Shown: positions 8,001 to 17,308, counted from the stretch's first letter. The stretch is DNA of 64,000 bases from an uncultured Clostridia bacterium (GCA_934434555.1 CAKRZX010000010.1:1841-65840), one strand, 5' to 3'. Numbers and translations: made by a program. The notes: generated by a model not told the origin, from the sequence alone.

Positions 8001-8518
8001 AAAGCGTATTGATAAGCATTCGCCCGAAGTGGTGCGAATTGATTGCAAGCGGAAAGAAAACAATCGAAGTTAGGCGCACAAGACCGACTATTGCAGTGCC
8101 GTTCAAGTGTTATATCTACGAAACGCAGGGCAGGTACGAAGATATGCGAGATTGTAAAACATTCAAGTTTTGGGACATTCGGCAAAAGGTAATCGGTGAG
8201 TTTGTGTGCGATTTAATAACGGGTTTAAGGGCGGATAATGGCATACAGATATATTATAACGGGATAAAAGGCACCTGTTTATCCGATGTCGAAATAATCA
8301 AATATGCGGGCGGTAAAAAGGTTTATTATTGGCACATATCCGAACTTAAAATCTACGATAAGCCCAAAGAGTTGGGAGAGTTTAAGAAAATAAATCGACA
8401 CTGTTGGTATGCTGATTTAGGGTTGGCAAAGAGAGATTGTCCCAAGTGTAAAAACGCAGATTGTTTTGTAAGCCGACCGCCACAGAGTTGGTGCTATGTT
8501 GAGGAGGCAAAGAAATGA
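7997..8518 (+). CDS. ASCH (PUA-like) domain protein
   Basis: N-terminus MKSVLISIRPKWCELIASGKKTIEVRR matches the ASCH pattern. Confidence 0.55.
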   Translation: MKSVLISIRPKWCELIASGKKTIEVRRTRPTIAVPFKCYIYETQGRYEDMRDCKTFKFWDIRQKVIGEFVCDLITGLRADNGIQIYYNGIKGTCLSDVEIIKYAGGKKVYYWHISELKIYDKPKELGEFKKINRHCWYADLGLAKRDCPKCKNADCFVSRPPQSWCYVEEAKK

Positions 8519-8913
8519 ACGAGAAAACACAAAAACTTATAGAACTTATAAAAGAAAATCCCGATTTGCCTATTATACCTATGGTTTATTACGAGGTTGT
8601 CGGCGAGGATTACGGTAATTGGGTAGGTAGATTCAGCACTTGTTATGTCGGTGAATATACTTTGTTTTACGAGAAGTATTACGAAGATAGAGAAGAGTTT
8701 GAAGAAGATTACTACGATTATTACAGAGAGGAAATCGATGAGAAGTTTAATTATGATCCTTCGTTAAGTTTGCCGAATAAACCCATAGGAATAACGAAAG
8801 AGCAATTAGACGCAAATGAAATAGCAGAAAAGAACGTAGATAAATATCTTGAAGAAATTGCAGATGGATTCTTCAAGAAAGCAATTATTGTTCATATTGA
8901 TTCGTTGGATTGA
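8515..8913 (+). CDS. Highly acidic D/E/Y-rich hypothetical protein
   Basis: 132 aa. Contains the run YYEDREEFEEDYYDYYREEIDEKF. Translationally coupled to its neighbours. Confidence 0.5.
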   Translation: MNEKTQKLIELIKENPDLPIIPMVYYEVVGEDYGNWVGRFSTCYVGEYTLFYEKYYEDREEFEEDYYDYYREEIDEKFNYDPSLSLPNKPIGITKEQLDANEIAEKNVDKYLEEIADGFFKKAIIVHIDSLD

Positions 8914-8927
8914 AGGAGGATAAGAAA

Positions 8928-9158
8928 ATGATTGTTAAAAAGGGGACAAGGGTACGGGTAGCGCATCAGCGCAAAGGTACATTTGAGGCAGTAGCCATTA
9001 GAGATTTTGACACAGAACAAGAGGAGTTCTATCCCTTTGCCACTCTTGAATATGTGCAAGGAATGTCAGTGGATTGGGAAGCGGGAGAATCAATAGCGTG
9101 CAGAAACTCTCTTTGTCATTTTGAGATTTTAGAAAGAAAGGACAGTGAGGAGGAATGA
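8928..9158 (+). CDS. Hypothetical protein
   Basis: SD aaggagg 7 nt upstream of the ATG at 8928. The track start is 8910. Confidence 0.45.
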   Translation: MIVKKGTRVRVAHQRKGTFEAVAIRDFDTEQEEFYPFATLEYVQGMSVDWEAGESIACRNSLCHFEILERKDSEEE

Positions 9159-9376
9159 CAAGGATAGTTACATTAGGTAATGACACAGCGATTGAAAAAA
9201 TCAAAAACGAGAAAACCGTGTATTTGAGACACGGAGTTTGGAACGGATACGAGTTAAGTGATGTGGACAATGCGATAGAAAGCATTAAAAAAAGCGGTTA
9301 TGGTGCAGATGTTTATTATAATGCCGATAACGGTATGTACTATGTCAGCATACCAAATGATAGCGATATGTGGTAA
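9155..9376 (+). CDS. Hypothetical protein
   Basis: 73 aa. ATGA coupling to the previous gene. Confidence 0.45.
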   Translation: MTRIVTLGNDTAIEKIKNEKTVYLRHGVWNGYELSDVDNAIESIKKSGYGADVYYNADNGMYYVSIPNDSDMW

Positions 9377-9390
9377 GGAGCGTGAAAAGA

Positions 9391-9651
9391 ATGACTGATG
9401 AGGAGATTGTAAAGGCGTTAAAGGAAGAAAGGCATCTTGCCGAATATGTTGACAGCGAGTATTGCAATGCAGTAGAGGTATCATTGATAAGCGATACTAT
9501 TGACCTTATCAGCCGTCAAAAGGCTGAAATTGAGCGTTTAACAAAGCAAATGGAATGGCTGACGGGCTATAACGGGAATCTGATAGACGCAAATACAGCG
9601 TTATCAGGGGAAATCGAGTTGTTAAAAGAAGCAGAGGAGAATCTGATATGA
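9391..9651 (+). CDS. Hypothetical coiled-coil protein
   Basis: SD aaggag upstream of the ATG at 9391. The track start is 9370. Confidence 0.45.
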   Translation: MTDEEIVKALKEERHLAEYVDSEYCNAVEVSLISDTIDLISRQKAEIERLTKQMEWLTGYNGNLIDANTALSGEIELLKEAEENLI

Positions 9652-10040
9652 CAAGAGAGGAAACGGTGCAAGTTCTGTCGATACTGAAAGCGGCGTATCC
9701 GAATGCGTATAACGGAATGACGAAGCAGGAAGCAAACGGAGTTATAGCCCTGTGGACGATACAGTTTTCAAAAATCCCGTTACAGATAGTGATGATAGCC
9801 ATTAACAAACTTATAGCAACGAACAAGTTCCCGCCGGCTATAAGCGAGGTTAAGGAGAAGTTGAGTTCACTGTACTTTGAAGCGACTGCCGAACTGATGT
9901 ATTTCAGAACAACTGAATTGTCGCAGAAAGAGCGAGAAAAACTTGAATATATCAGAGAAAACTGCGGTGAAAGACAAGAGCCTACGCTTATGCAGCTTAT
10001 TGAAAACGGGTCGGCGGACAACCTGAAACTTACGGAGTAA
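9648..10040 (+). CDS. G39P-like replicative helicase loader/inhibitor domain protein
   Basis: VQVLSILKAAYPNAYNGMTKQEANGVIALWTIQFSKIP...NKFPPAISEVKE resembles the SPP1 G39P family pattern. No helicase gene is seen in the phage. Confidence 0.45.
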   Translation: MTREETVQVLSILKAAYPNAYNGMTKQEANGVIALWTIQFSKIPLQIVMIAINKLIATNKFPPAISEVKEKLSSLYFEATAELMYFRTTELSQKEREKLEYIRENCGERQEPTLMQLIENGSADNLKLTE

Positions 10041-10054
10041 AAAGGAGCGCATAT

Positions 10055-10264
10055 ATGGGTAAGCACACTATCAGCAGCAAAGCAAGGTGCTATTGCTATC
10101 GCTCCGAGGGTCCGCAGATAGTATATTGCGGAGTAAATATTACGACGGTTCACCGCGTTTTTGACAGAAAATCCGATGCGAAAGAATTCAAAGAACGGTA
10201 TTGCCGGAATAACTATGAAGACTGCCCCATATTCAGAATGTTGGCGGGTGATTCAGATGAGTAA
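10055..10264 (+). CDS. Hypothetical Cys-containing protein
   Basis: 69 aa. SD aaaggag. Confidence 0.4.
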   Translation: MGKHTISSKARCYCYRSEGPQIVYCGVNITTVHRVFDRKSDAKEFKERYCRNNYEDCPIFRMLAGDSDE

Positions 10265-10442
10265 TTCGCCCTGCCGATACTGCTCCGAAAGAAATATGAC
10301 CTGCCACGCAACGTGCGGCAAGTATCTTGATTTTGAGAAAGAAAGGAATCGGATATGCACAGAGAGATATATGCAGCGTTCGTTTGAGTGGTCTTTTAAG
10401 CAGTCCGAGATAAACAGAAAAAAGAGGAGAAAAAGATGTTAA
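10257..10442 (+). CDS. Hypothetical Cys-rich basic protein
   Basis: An in-frame ATG at 10257 overlaps the previous stop. Translation CRYCSERNMTCHATCGKY. The track start is 10161. Confidence 0.4.
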   Translation: MSNSPCRYCSERNMTCHATCGKYLDFEKERNRICTERYMQRSFEWSFKQSEINRKKRRKRC

Positions 10443-10771
10443 GTAAATATCACGCGCAGAAAACAACAGTCGACGGAGTTACCTTTGACAGCAAAAAAGA
10501 GGCAAGACGGTATTTGGAATTAAAACTGTTGGAGAGGGCAAAAGAAATCAAGGACCTTGAACGGCAGAAAAAGTTCGTGCTTATACCGGCACAGAAGATA
10601 AACGGCAAAGTTGCTGAACGGGAGTGTTGTTATATTGCGGATTTTACATACACGGACTGCCGCACGGGCGAAATGATTGTTGAGGACACAAAAGGATTCA
10701 GGACAAAAGAATACATTATTAAGCGAAAACTGCTACTTCAAAACTACGGTATCAAAATAAAGGAGGTTTAG
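10436..10771 (+). CDS. DUF1064-type protein (putative PD-(D/E)xK endonuclease/resolvase)
   Basis: DGVTFDSKKEARRYLELKLL...CYIADFTY...VEDTKGFRTKEYIIKRKLL matches the DUF1064 pattern. It is the last early gene before terS. Confidence 0.6.
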   Translation: MLSKYHAQKTTVDGVTFDSKKEARRYLELKLLERAKEIKDLERQKKFVLIPAQKINGKVAERECCYIADFTYTDCRTGEMIVEDTKGFRTKEYIIKRKLLLQNYGIKIKEV

Positions 10772-10800
10772 CATATAAAACTTGCGAAAAATAAATGCAT

Positions 10801-10817
10801 TTTAGGGGGGGTTTATT
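10801..10817 (+). repeat. 17-mer TTTAGGGGGGGTTTATT, copy 1 (48 nt upstream of terS)
   Basis: An exact second copy lies at 34661-34677. Confidence 0.6.
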
Positions 10818-10864
10818 TTATTTTTTTCTTGGCTTAAAATATAGAAAAAATCAAGGAGGACACT

Positions 10865-11335
10865 ATGCCTGATTGGAAGAAAATCAAGGCAGAGTATATC
10901 CGGGGTGGTGTGAGTTACCGCAAACTTGCAGAAAAACACGGTGTATCGCCCAGCACGCTTTCCAAAAAGGCAATGAAAGAAAAGTGGGCAGACTTGCGGA
11001 CACAAACAGGAAAGAAGATAGATATAAAAATATCAGATTCCGTTGCAGGTCGGGAAGCAAAGCGCGCAGATATGTTTCAGACCATTGCGGATAAACTTCT
11101 GCAACAGATAAGTGACGGGATTGATGACGGCTCGATTGCGCTTACGGGGCGCGGATACAGAGATATAACGGGCGCGTTAAAGGATTTGAGAGAAATTAAA
11201 GGGCTTAAAAATGAACTTGATATGCAGGAACAGATTGCAAGAATAGAGAAACTGCGCAAAGAAGCCGCAGCGGAGCAGGAAAACAAGGATATCAGAGTTG
11301 TTATTGAACCTGAACTTGACGATTTCAGCGAATAG
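10865..11335 (+). CDS. Terminase small subunit
   Basis: N-terminal HTH (GVSYRKLAEKHGVSPSTLSKKA). Coiled C-terminus. Directly upstream of TerL. SD aaggagg. Confidence 0.7.
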   Translation: MPDWKKIKAEYIRGGVSYRKLAEKHGVSPSTLSKKAMKEKWADLRTQTGKKIDIKISDSVAGREAKRADMFQTIADKLLQQISDGIDDGSIALTGRGYRDITGALKDLREIKGLKNELDMQEQIARIEKLRKEAAAEQENKDIRVVIEPELDDFSE

Positions 11336-11348
11336 GCGGCGAATATCG

Positions 11349-12761
11349 ATGAAAACATTAGTTATTAACCCGCCAAGCGACAAACAACGGCTCTTTTTGA
11401 GAGCGAATACGAAACATATAGCATTCGGGGGAGCGCGAGGAGGCGGCAAGAGTTGGTCCGTAAGGACGAAAGCAAAACTTCTTGCGTTAAGATATGCGGG
11501 AATACGGATACTTATAGTCCGCAGAACGTATCCTGAACTCATAAATAACCATATAAACATACTGCGGAACGAACTTCTTGATATCGCAAGGTATAACGAC
11601 AAGGATAAAGTTCTTAAATTTGCCAACGGAAGTACGATAAACTTTGCGTACTGCGCCAAAGACGGAGATTTAGACCGTCTGCAAGGTGTTGAATACGACG
11701 TTATATTCCTCGACGAAGCGACGCAGTTGTCCGAATATCAAATGAAAACGATTACTGCCTGCCTGCGCGGTGTAAACGCATTTCCGAAACGAGTGTATTA
11801 TACCTGCAACCCGGGCGGACAGGGACATCAGTATATTAAACGGATATTTATTGATAAAAGATACGAGGACGGGGAGAATCCCGACGATTATACATTCATA
11901 CAGTCGCTTGTAACGGACAACAAGATTCTTATGAAGAGCCAACCTGACTACATTAAGCAGTTGGAGGCACTTCCGCCCAAACTCCGGGAAGCGTGGCTGT
12001 ACGGTTCCTGGGACGTATATGAGGGGCAGTTCTTTGAAGAGTTCGCCGACAGACCCGACGGATATGATACACATATTTGTACACACGTAATCAATCCTTT
12101 TGAAATACCTGACGGGTGGCAAATATACCGCTCTTTTGACTGGGGATACAACAAACCTTTCTCCTGCGGGTGGTGGGCGATTGACTTTGACGGTGTAGCG
12201 TATCGGATATTGGAACTGTACGGCTGCACAAAGACACCAAACGAGGGCGTTAAGTGGACACCGGACAAAGTGTTCGGCGAGATTCACCGCATAGAGAGCG
12301 AACACAGGTGGTTAAAGGGAAAGAAAATAATAGGCGTAGCCGACCCTGCCATATGGAACGCCGAAACAGGTGAAAGTTTGGCTGAAAGAGCAACGAAGTA
12401 TCAAGTATATTTCCAAAAAGGAGATCACGAACGTCTCGCGGGGTGGATGCAGGTGCATTACAGGCTTGCTTTTGATGATAACGGATTCGCAATGATGTAT
12501 GTTTTCAGAAATTGCAAGGCATTTATACGAACGATTCCGCTTTTGATGTACGATGAGCATAAACCCGAGGATTTGGACACGGACGGTGAAGACCATTGTG
12601 CCGATGAAGTCAGATATTTCTGTATGGCACGCCCCATTAAGCCGAGAATGGCTGCGCAGCCGGATAAATATAACGAAACGCCAATGAGTATGTTTTTGGA
12701 TATACCCAAAGAAGATATAAAAGCCAAGCCCAAGCGAGGGAGAATGGAGGTAATCAGGTAG
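11349..12761 (+). CDS. Terminase large subunit
   Basis: Walker A FGGARGGGKSW. Walker B/coupling motif VIFLDEATQ. Nuclease half DTDGEDHCADEVRY. The likely ATG is 11349; the track start is 11298. Confidence 0.9.
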   Translation: MKTLVINPPSDKQRLFLRANTKHIAFGGARGGGKSWSVRTKAKLLALRYAGIRILIVRRTYPELINNHINILRNELLDIARYNDKDKVLKFANGSTINFAYCAKDGDLDRLQGVEYDVIFLDEATQLSEYQMKTITACLRGVNAFPKRVYYTCNPGGQGHQYIKRIFIDKRYEDGENPDDYTFIQSLVTDNKILMKSQPDYIKQLEALPPKLREAWLYGSWDVYEGQFFEEFADRPDGYDTHICTHVINPFEIPDGWQIYRSFDWGYNKPFSCGWWAIDFDGVAYRILELYGCTKTPNEGVKWTPDKVFGEIHRIESEHRWLKGKKIIGVADPAIWNAETGESLAERATKYQVYFQKGDHERLAGWMQVHYRLAFDDNGFAMMYVFRNCKAFIRTIPLLMYDEHKPEDLDTDGEDHCADEVRYFCMARPIKPRMAAQPDKYNETPMSMFLDIPKEDIKAKPKRGRMEVIR

Positions 12762-14749
12762 TGGCTTTATTTAATAAAAAGCAGAAACAGCCCACGAATG
12801 ATGAACAAATGCAGCGTAGGCAGTCTGCCGAAAGACCCACAGCAGAGGAAGAAGCAAGCAGAATACTTCTGCAACAGCGTCAGCAGACAGCCGCAAACGG
12901 TGCTGTTGACGGATTCAGGGCATTGGAACAGCCTATCGGCAAGGAAGCAATACAAAAGGCTACACAGACCCTCCAAAAGTACAAGGAGGGCAAAGCAAAC
13001 CTTGAAAAACGTATAGTAGACAATGAGCAATGGTATAAACTCCGTCATTGGGAGTGCCTGCGGAAGAGCAGTACAAGTGAGGTTGAGCCGAGTTCAGGTT
13101 GGCTGTTCAACTGTATTGCAAACAAGCACGCTGACGCAATGGATAACTTTCCCGCGCCGAATGTGCTGCCGAGAGAAGAAGGGGACAAAGCAGAGGCGGA
13201 AATGCTTACGTCAATTCTGCCTGTTATTCTTGAACAGAATGATTTTGAACGTGTTTACGACGAAGTATGGAATTATAAATTAAAGTCAGGCACGGGAGTG
13301 TACGGCGTGTTTTGGGACACCACTAAACTCAACGGCTTAGGCGATATATCCATACAGAAAGTAGACCTAATCAATCTGTTTTGGGAAAGCGGCATAACGG
13401 AAATACAGAAGAGCAGAAATCTGTTTCACGTAGAACTCTGCGATAATGATACACTTATCAGCCGTTACCCGCAATTGCAAGGAAAACTCGGTACATCGAC
13501 GATTCAGATTGCAAAATATGTGTTTGATGATTCGGTTGATACAACCGATAAGTCTGTTGTGGTGGATTGGTATTATAAAAAAAGCAATTCACAGGGCAAA
13601 CAAGTGCTCCATTACTGCAAATACGTGAATGATACAGTGCTTTTTGCGACGGAAAATGAACCGCAATATGCTGAACGCGGGCTTTATGACCACGGAAGAT
13701 ATCCTTTTGAGTTTGACCCTCTGTTCAGAGTAGAGGGAACGCCCGCGGGATTCGGATACATTGATATCGGCAAGTCGGCACAGGAATATATTGACCGTGG
13801 AAACCAGGCAATAATGCAGAATATGCTTGCCAATGCGCGCCCGCGGCACTTTATAAGAAGCGACGGAGCAGTCAATGAGGAAGAATATGCCGATATGTCA
13901 AAGGATTTTATTCACGTAGACGGAAATCTCGGGCAGGATAGCATTCTTCCGGTGCAGGGAAAGCCTCTGAACGATATTTATGTAGCAGTCATCAACAATA
14001 AGGTTGACGAATTAAAGGAAACAACGGGCAACAGGGACGTTTCTACGGGCGGAACAACGTCCGGTGTAACGGCAGCGTCCGCTATTGCGGCAATGCAGGA
14101 AGCGGGCAGTAAGATGTCAAGGGATAATAACAAGGCATCTTACAGGGTTTTCAGGCAATTATGTCTGCTTTGTATAGAACTTATACGGCAGTTCTATGAT
14201 ATGCCGAGATGTTTCCGCATTATGGGACAGAATGGCGCGGCACGGTATGTGCAGTACAGCAATCAGGGCATACAACCGCAAATGCAGGGTAATGACTTCG
14301 GTAACGATATGGGTATGCGTATTCCGTTGTTTGATATAGAAGTAACTGCGGAAAAACAAAGTCCTTACTCAAAAATGAGCCAAAATGAATTGGCATTACA
14401 GTTTTTCGGCGCGGGATTCTTTAATCCGCAGATAGCAGACCAAGCACTTGCCTGTCTTGATATGATGGATTTCGACAGGAAAGAATTTATTATGCAGAAG
14501 ATATCCCAAAACGGTGGAATGTATCAGCAAATACTTGCAATGCAACAGCAAATGCTCCAACTTGGAGCGATGGTAGATTCTTATCGCGGCGGAAATGAAA
14601 TAACGCAGGGACTTGCTCAACAGTTCGGAATGCAGATTCCGCAAATGGCTGGCGGCGAAGTCGGTGAACAGACCGATGTTTCGGGAGATGAATCCACAAA
14701 CACAAAGAAAGCAAGGCAGAGAGTGGCGGATTCCACCTCGCCTACATAA
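12761..14749 (+). CDS. Portal protein
   Basis: 662 aa. GTG start overlaps the TerL stop (TAGTG). Size and position are canonical, and the C-terminus is Q/M-rich. Confidence 0.75.
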   Translation: MALFNKKQKQPTNDEQMQRRQSAERPTAEEEASRILLQQRQQTAANGAVDGFRALEQPIGKEAIQKATQTLQKYKEGKANLEKRIVDNEQWYKLRHWECLRKSSTSEVEPSSGWLFNCIANKHADAMDNFPAPNVLPREEGDKAEAEMLTSILPVILEQNDFERVYDEVWNYKLKSGTGVYGVFWDTTKLNGLGDISIQKVDLINLFWESGITEIQKSRNLFHVELCDNDTLISRYPQLQGKLGTSTIQIAKYVFDDSVDTTDKSVVVDWYYKKSNSQGKQVLHYCKYVNDTVLFATENEPQYAERGLYDHGRYPFEFDPLFRVEGTPAGFGYIDIGKSAQEYIDRGNQAIMQNMLANARPRHFIRSDGAVNEEEYADMSKDFIHVDGNLGQDSILPVQGKPLNDIYVAVINNKVDELKETTGNRDVSTGGTTSGVTAASAIAAMQEAGSKMSRDNNKASYRVFRQLCLLCIELIRQFYDMPRCFRIMGQNGAARYVQYSNQGIQPQMQGNDFGNDMGMRIPLFDIEVTAEKQSPYSKMSQNELALQFFGAGFFNPQIADQALACLDMMDFDRKEFIMQKISQNGGMYQQILAMQQQMLQLGAMVDSYRGGNEITQGLAQQFGMQIPQMAGGEVGEQTDVSGDESTNTKKARQRVADSTSPT

Positions 14750-14762
14750 GGAGGAAAAATAA

Positions 14763-14966
14763 ATGAGTAAGCAAGTGACTATACCAAGCAATATGAATCC
14801 GTGGTGGTGTAACATCAACGGCGCAGTTTATTCCTATACTGCCGGAAGCACGCAGACGGTGCCTGACGAAGTGGCGGCGGTCATTGAAAACTACAATAAT
14901 ATGCTGCCGAAACTCGGAAAGAATATACCGGACTGGGGGTTGACAACGCTTATCGATAAGACCTAG
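14763..14966 (+). CDS. Hypothetical protein; the ORF ends at a TAG that is in frame with the next ORF
   Basis: Strong SD (aaggagg). 67 codons, then TAG at 14964-14966. Confidence 0.55.
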   Translation: MSKQVTIPSNMNPWWCNINGAVYSYTAGSTQTVPDEVAAVIENYNNMLPKLGKNIPDWGLTTLIDKT

Positions 14967-15851
14967 ACGAAAGATGAAGCGGTAAGTACAGGAGTAAAGC
15001 AAATAAATATTCCAGAGCAAAATCAAAAGAAAATTACTGATTTAAGAATATCCTTTTATACCGATACTCCCGCAAGCGGTGCAGTATATAGCGACAGTGC
15101 GCTTGAATTGTCGGCGAATGAAAACTGCACATTGGGCAAGGTAGCAAATTTCTATCCCACAAAAGCAAGCAAGAATTTCACGGCAACGGGCTATGACACG
15201 GTTTCTTTGGACAGTTCTTTGGAATACGATGGCGTTCCCGCAAGTGTCATTGCTATAAAGAAGTTTAAGGACGCAAACGGGGCTTATGACGGGGGCGTTC
15301 CCGCTGACGCACAAGCACCGATAACAGCGGGTTCAACGGTAACTGCGGACTTGGGGTCAGGAACTGAACACCCGATTAACGCTGTAACCACCAAAACACA
15401 CACTATCGGCACATACACTGTTAAAACTTACGCATATAGCGCAAGTACATTGTATGACACCGCATTTCTTGAAGTGGTAATTGAGAGTAATTTTGACGGA
15501 TTGCCCGTAGGAACGCTATATAACGCAAGTTATAGTGGAAGTACATATTGCTTTTGTGGCTCTTTCGCAACGGGGGAAAGTATTTCGTATAAGAATTTAG
15601 CCATTGTAAATGTGGCGGTTTCCGACACAAAATATTCAACAGATATCACCACTGGTAAGCAAAACAAAATAACATCGTTTGATGAACCGTTCGTTGCCCA
15701 AAAGACAGGCACTTGCTACATAGGGCAATTTGCAGACGGTATTGTAAAAGCGGTGACATTAAATGTTCCGTCCTCAACGGTGACGGGAACACCCGCAAAA
15801 AAGATATATAAAGGAAGTAGGCTAATAGTGCAAGTGAGGTATGAGGAATAA
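14967..15851 (+). CDS. Hypothetical virion-module protein. The frame is open from 14967, and the only candidate start is TTG at 15108 with no SD.
   Basis: 294 sense codons in the same frame as 14763-14966. No ATG anywhere in the ORF. See the finding on the in-frame TAG. Confidence 0.45.
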   Translation, partial: TKDEAVSTGVKQINIPEQNQKKITDLRISFYTDTPASGAVYSDSALELSANENCTLGKVANFYPTKASKNFTATGYDTVSLDSSLEYDGVPASVIAIKKFKDANGAYDGGVPADAQAPITAGSTVTADLGSGTEHPINAVTTKTHTIGTYTVKTYAYSASTLYDTAFLEVVIESNFDGLPVGTLYNASYSGSTYCFCGSFATGESISYKNLAIVNVAVSDTKYSTDITTGKQNKITSFDEPFVAQKTGTCYIGQFADGIVKAVTLNVPSSTVTGTPAKKIYKGSRLIVQVRYEE

Positions 15852-15901
15852 TGATACGCAACTACATTATCATAAGCGCAAAGCAATGAGAGAGTTCTAC
15901 G

Positions 15902-16249
15902 ATGATGAAAATATCTTTTGAAGATAAAGATAACACGCTTGCGCTTACGGTAAATGGACACGCAGGATATGCCGATACAGGACAGGATATAGTCTGTGCG
16001 GCGGCAACAATTCTTGCGTATACGGTGGCACAGGCGGTCAAAGATATGTACGGACATGGACGGCTTGAAAAAGAGCCGTATATAAGCCTTAAAGAGGGCA
16101 ATGCAACGGTAAGGTGTGCACCCAAGGCAGAGACATATGCAGAGGCTCTGCACACCTATTTCGTGGCACAAATCGGATATAATCTGCTGTCGCATAACTA
16201 TCCCGATAATATCAAACTCAAAATGTTTGGTCAGGCTGAAAAGCCTTAA
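15902..16249 (+). CDS. Prp-like cysteine protease (DUF464, ribosomal-processing protease family)
   Basis: GHAGYADTGQDIVCAAATIL contains the His/Cys dyad signature of Prp. 115 aa. Lies immediately upstream of the scaffold gene. Confidence 0.8.
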   Translation: MMKISFEDKDNTLALTVNGHAGYADTGQDIVCAAATILAYTVAQAVKDMYGHGRLEKEPYISLKEGNATVRCAPKAETYAEALHTYFVAQIGYNLLSHNYPDNIKLKMFGQAEKP

Positions 16250-16298
16250 TATAAACCAAAAAGAATCGTTCACTTTACGAACAGAAAGGATTATACAA

Positions 16299-17231
16299 AT
16301 GTTAAACGAAGAAAGATTCCCGAAACTTAATCTGCAACTTTTCGGTGACGGCACCGGTGCAGGAAGCGACACAGGAGCAGAGGGAGCAACACAGGGCGTA
16401 ACCGCGGCAGACGCCTTGCCGCAAACCAAAGGCGAGAAAAAGAACCCGTTATCGAATGTTAAATACGGCATTCAGGGGGACAACCCTACCGCCGGGGAAA
16501 CAGGAAAGGTCGAGACACCCGACCGAAACGCCGAGTTTGAGAAACTCATCAAGGGCGAATACAAGGACCTTTACGACGCGCGTGTACAGGAAACTATACA
16601 GAAAAGGTTCAAAGGGACAAAGGAAACTATTGATAAGTACAATGCCCTTGCGCCTACCCTTGAAATGCTTTCACAGAAATACGGTGTGGATACTTCCGAC
16701 ATCGAAGCATTGAACAAAGCCATACAGGAAGACGATTCGTACTACGAGGAAGAAGCACTTCAAAAAGGTGTCAGTGTCGAGCAACTTAAAAACATCAGAA
16801 AAATGGAGCGTGAAAACGCCGAATTAAAACGACAGATGCAGGAGCAGTCGGTAAAAGAGAACGCCGACAGGATATATGCTGAGTGGATGAAACAGTCCGA
16901 AGCATTAAAATCCGTATATCCTACGTTTGAACTTGATGTTGAACTTAAAAACCCGAAATTCATCGACCTTATTAAGAACAATGTTGATGTGCGGACCGCT
17001 TTCGAAGTCATTCACAAAGACGAGATTATCGGCAGTGCTATGCAGTTTGCCGCAAATCAGACAAAGCAGAAGGTCGCAAACAACATCATTGCAAACGGAA
17101 TGAGACCGACCGAAAACGGTGTAAGTTCGCAGTCGCCGGCAGTAGTCAAGAGTGATGTGTCGCAACTCTCAAAAGAAGACCGTGCGGAAATAATCCGCAG
17201 GGTGCAAAGAGGAGATAAGATACGATTCTAA
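16299..17231 (+). CDS. Scaffolding protein with an N-terminal Prp cleavage motif
   Basis: MLNEERFPKLNLQLFGDGTG. The rest of the protein is a charged coiled coil. Sits upstream of the capsid gene. The likely start is 16299; the track start is 16116. Confidence 0.75.
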   Translation: MLNEERFPKLNLQLFGDGTGAGSDTGAEGATQGVTAADALPQTKGEKKNPLSNVKYGIQGDNPTAGETGKVETPDRNAEFEKLIKGEYKDLYDARVQETIQKRFKGTKETIDKYNALAPTLEMLSQKYGVDTSDIEALNKAIQEDDSYYEEEALQKGVSVEQLKNIRKMERENAELKRQMQEQSVKENADRIYAEWMKQSEALKSVYPTFELDVELKNPKFIDLIKNNVDVRTAFEVIHKDEIIGSAMQFAANQTKQKVANNIIANGMRPTENGVSSQSPAVVKSDVSQLSKEDRAEIIRRVQRGDKIRF

Positions 17232-17308
17232 TCCTAAAACACAAATGATTCGCAATCTAATCTCCCGAAAACACACTATTTTTTTATTAAAAGGAGATTA
17301 AAAAAACT

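Noticed and set aside
10829-10838. 10-mer TTGGCTTAAA shared by the terS upstream region and 34630-34639
   Set aside because: Exact 10-mers are expected many times by chance in 64 kb. The relative position to the 17-mer also differs between the two sites.
14964-14966. Genome-wide TAG reassignment (alternative genetic code) as the explanation for the in-frame amber codon
   Set aside because: Other phage genes, including the 3,319-codon ORF, are not interrupted by TAG. At least TerL (12759-12761) and the 3144-3314 ORF terminate at TAG in sensible positions. Any recoding would have to be local.
9509-16471. Other long minus-strand ORFs inside the prophage (9509-10153, 11670-12305, 15716-16471) and in module 2/pheT (48021-48671, 50211-50840, 58340-58987)
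   Set aside because: All are antisense to tightly packed, SD-preceded + strand genes. Their composition is Cys/Arg/Phe-rich and they lack starts with an SD.
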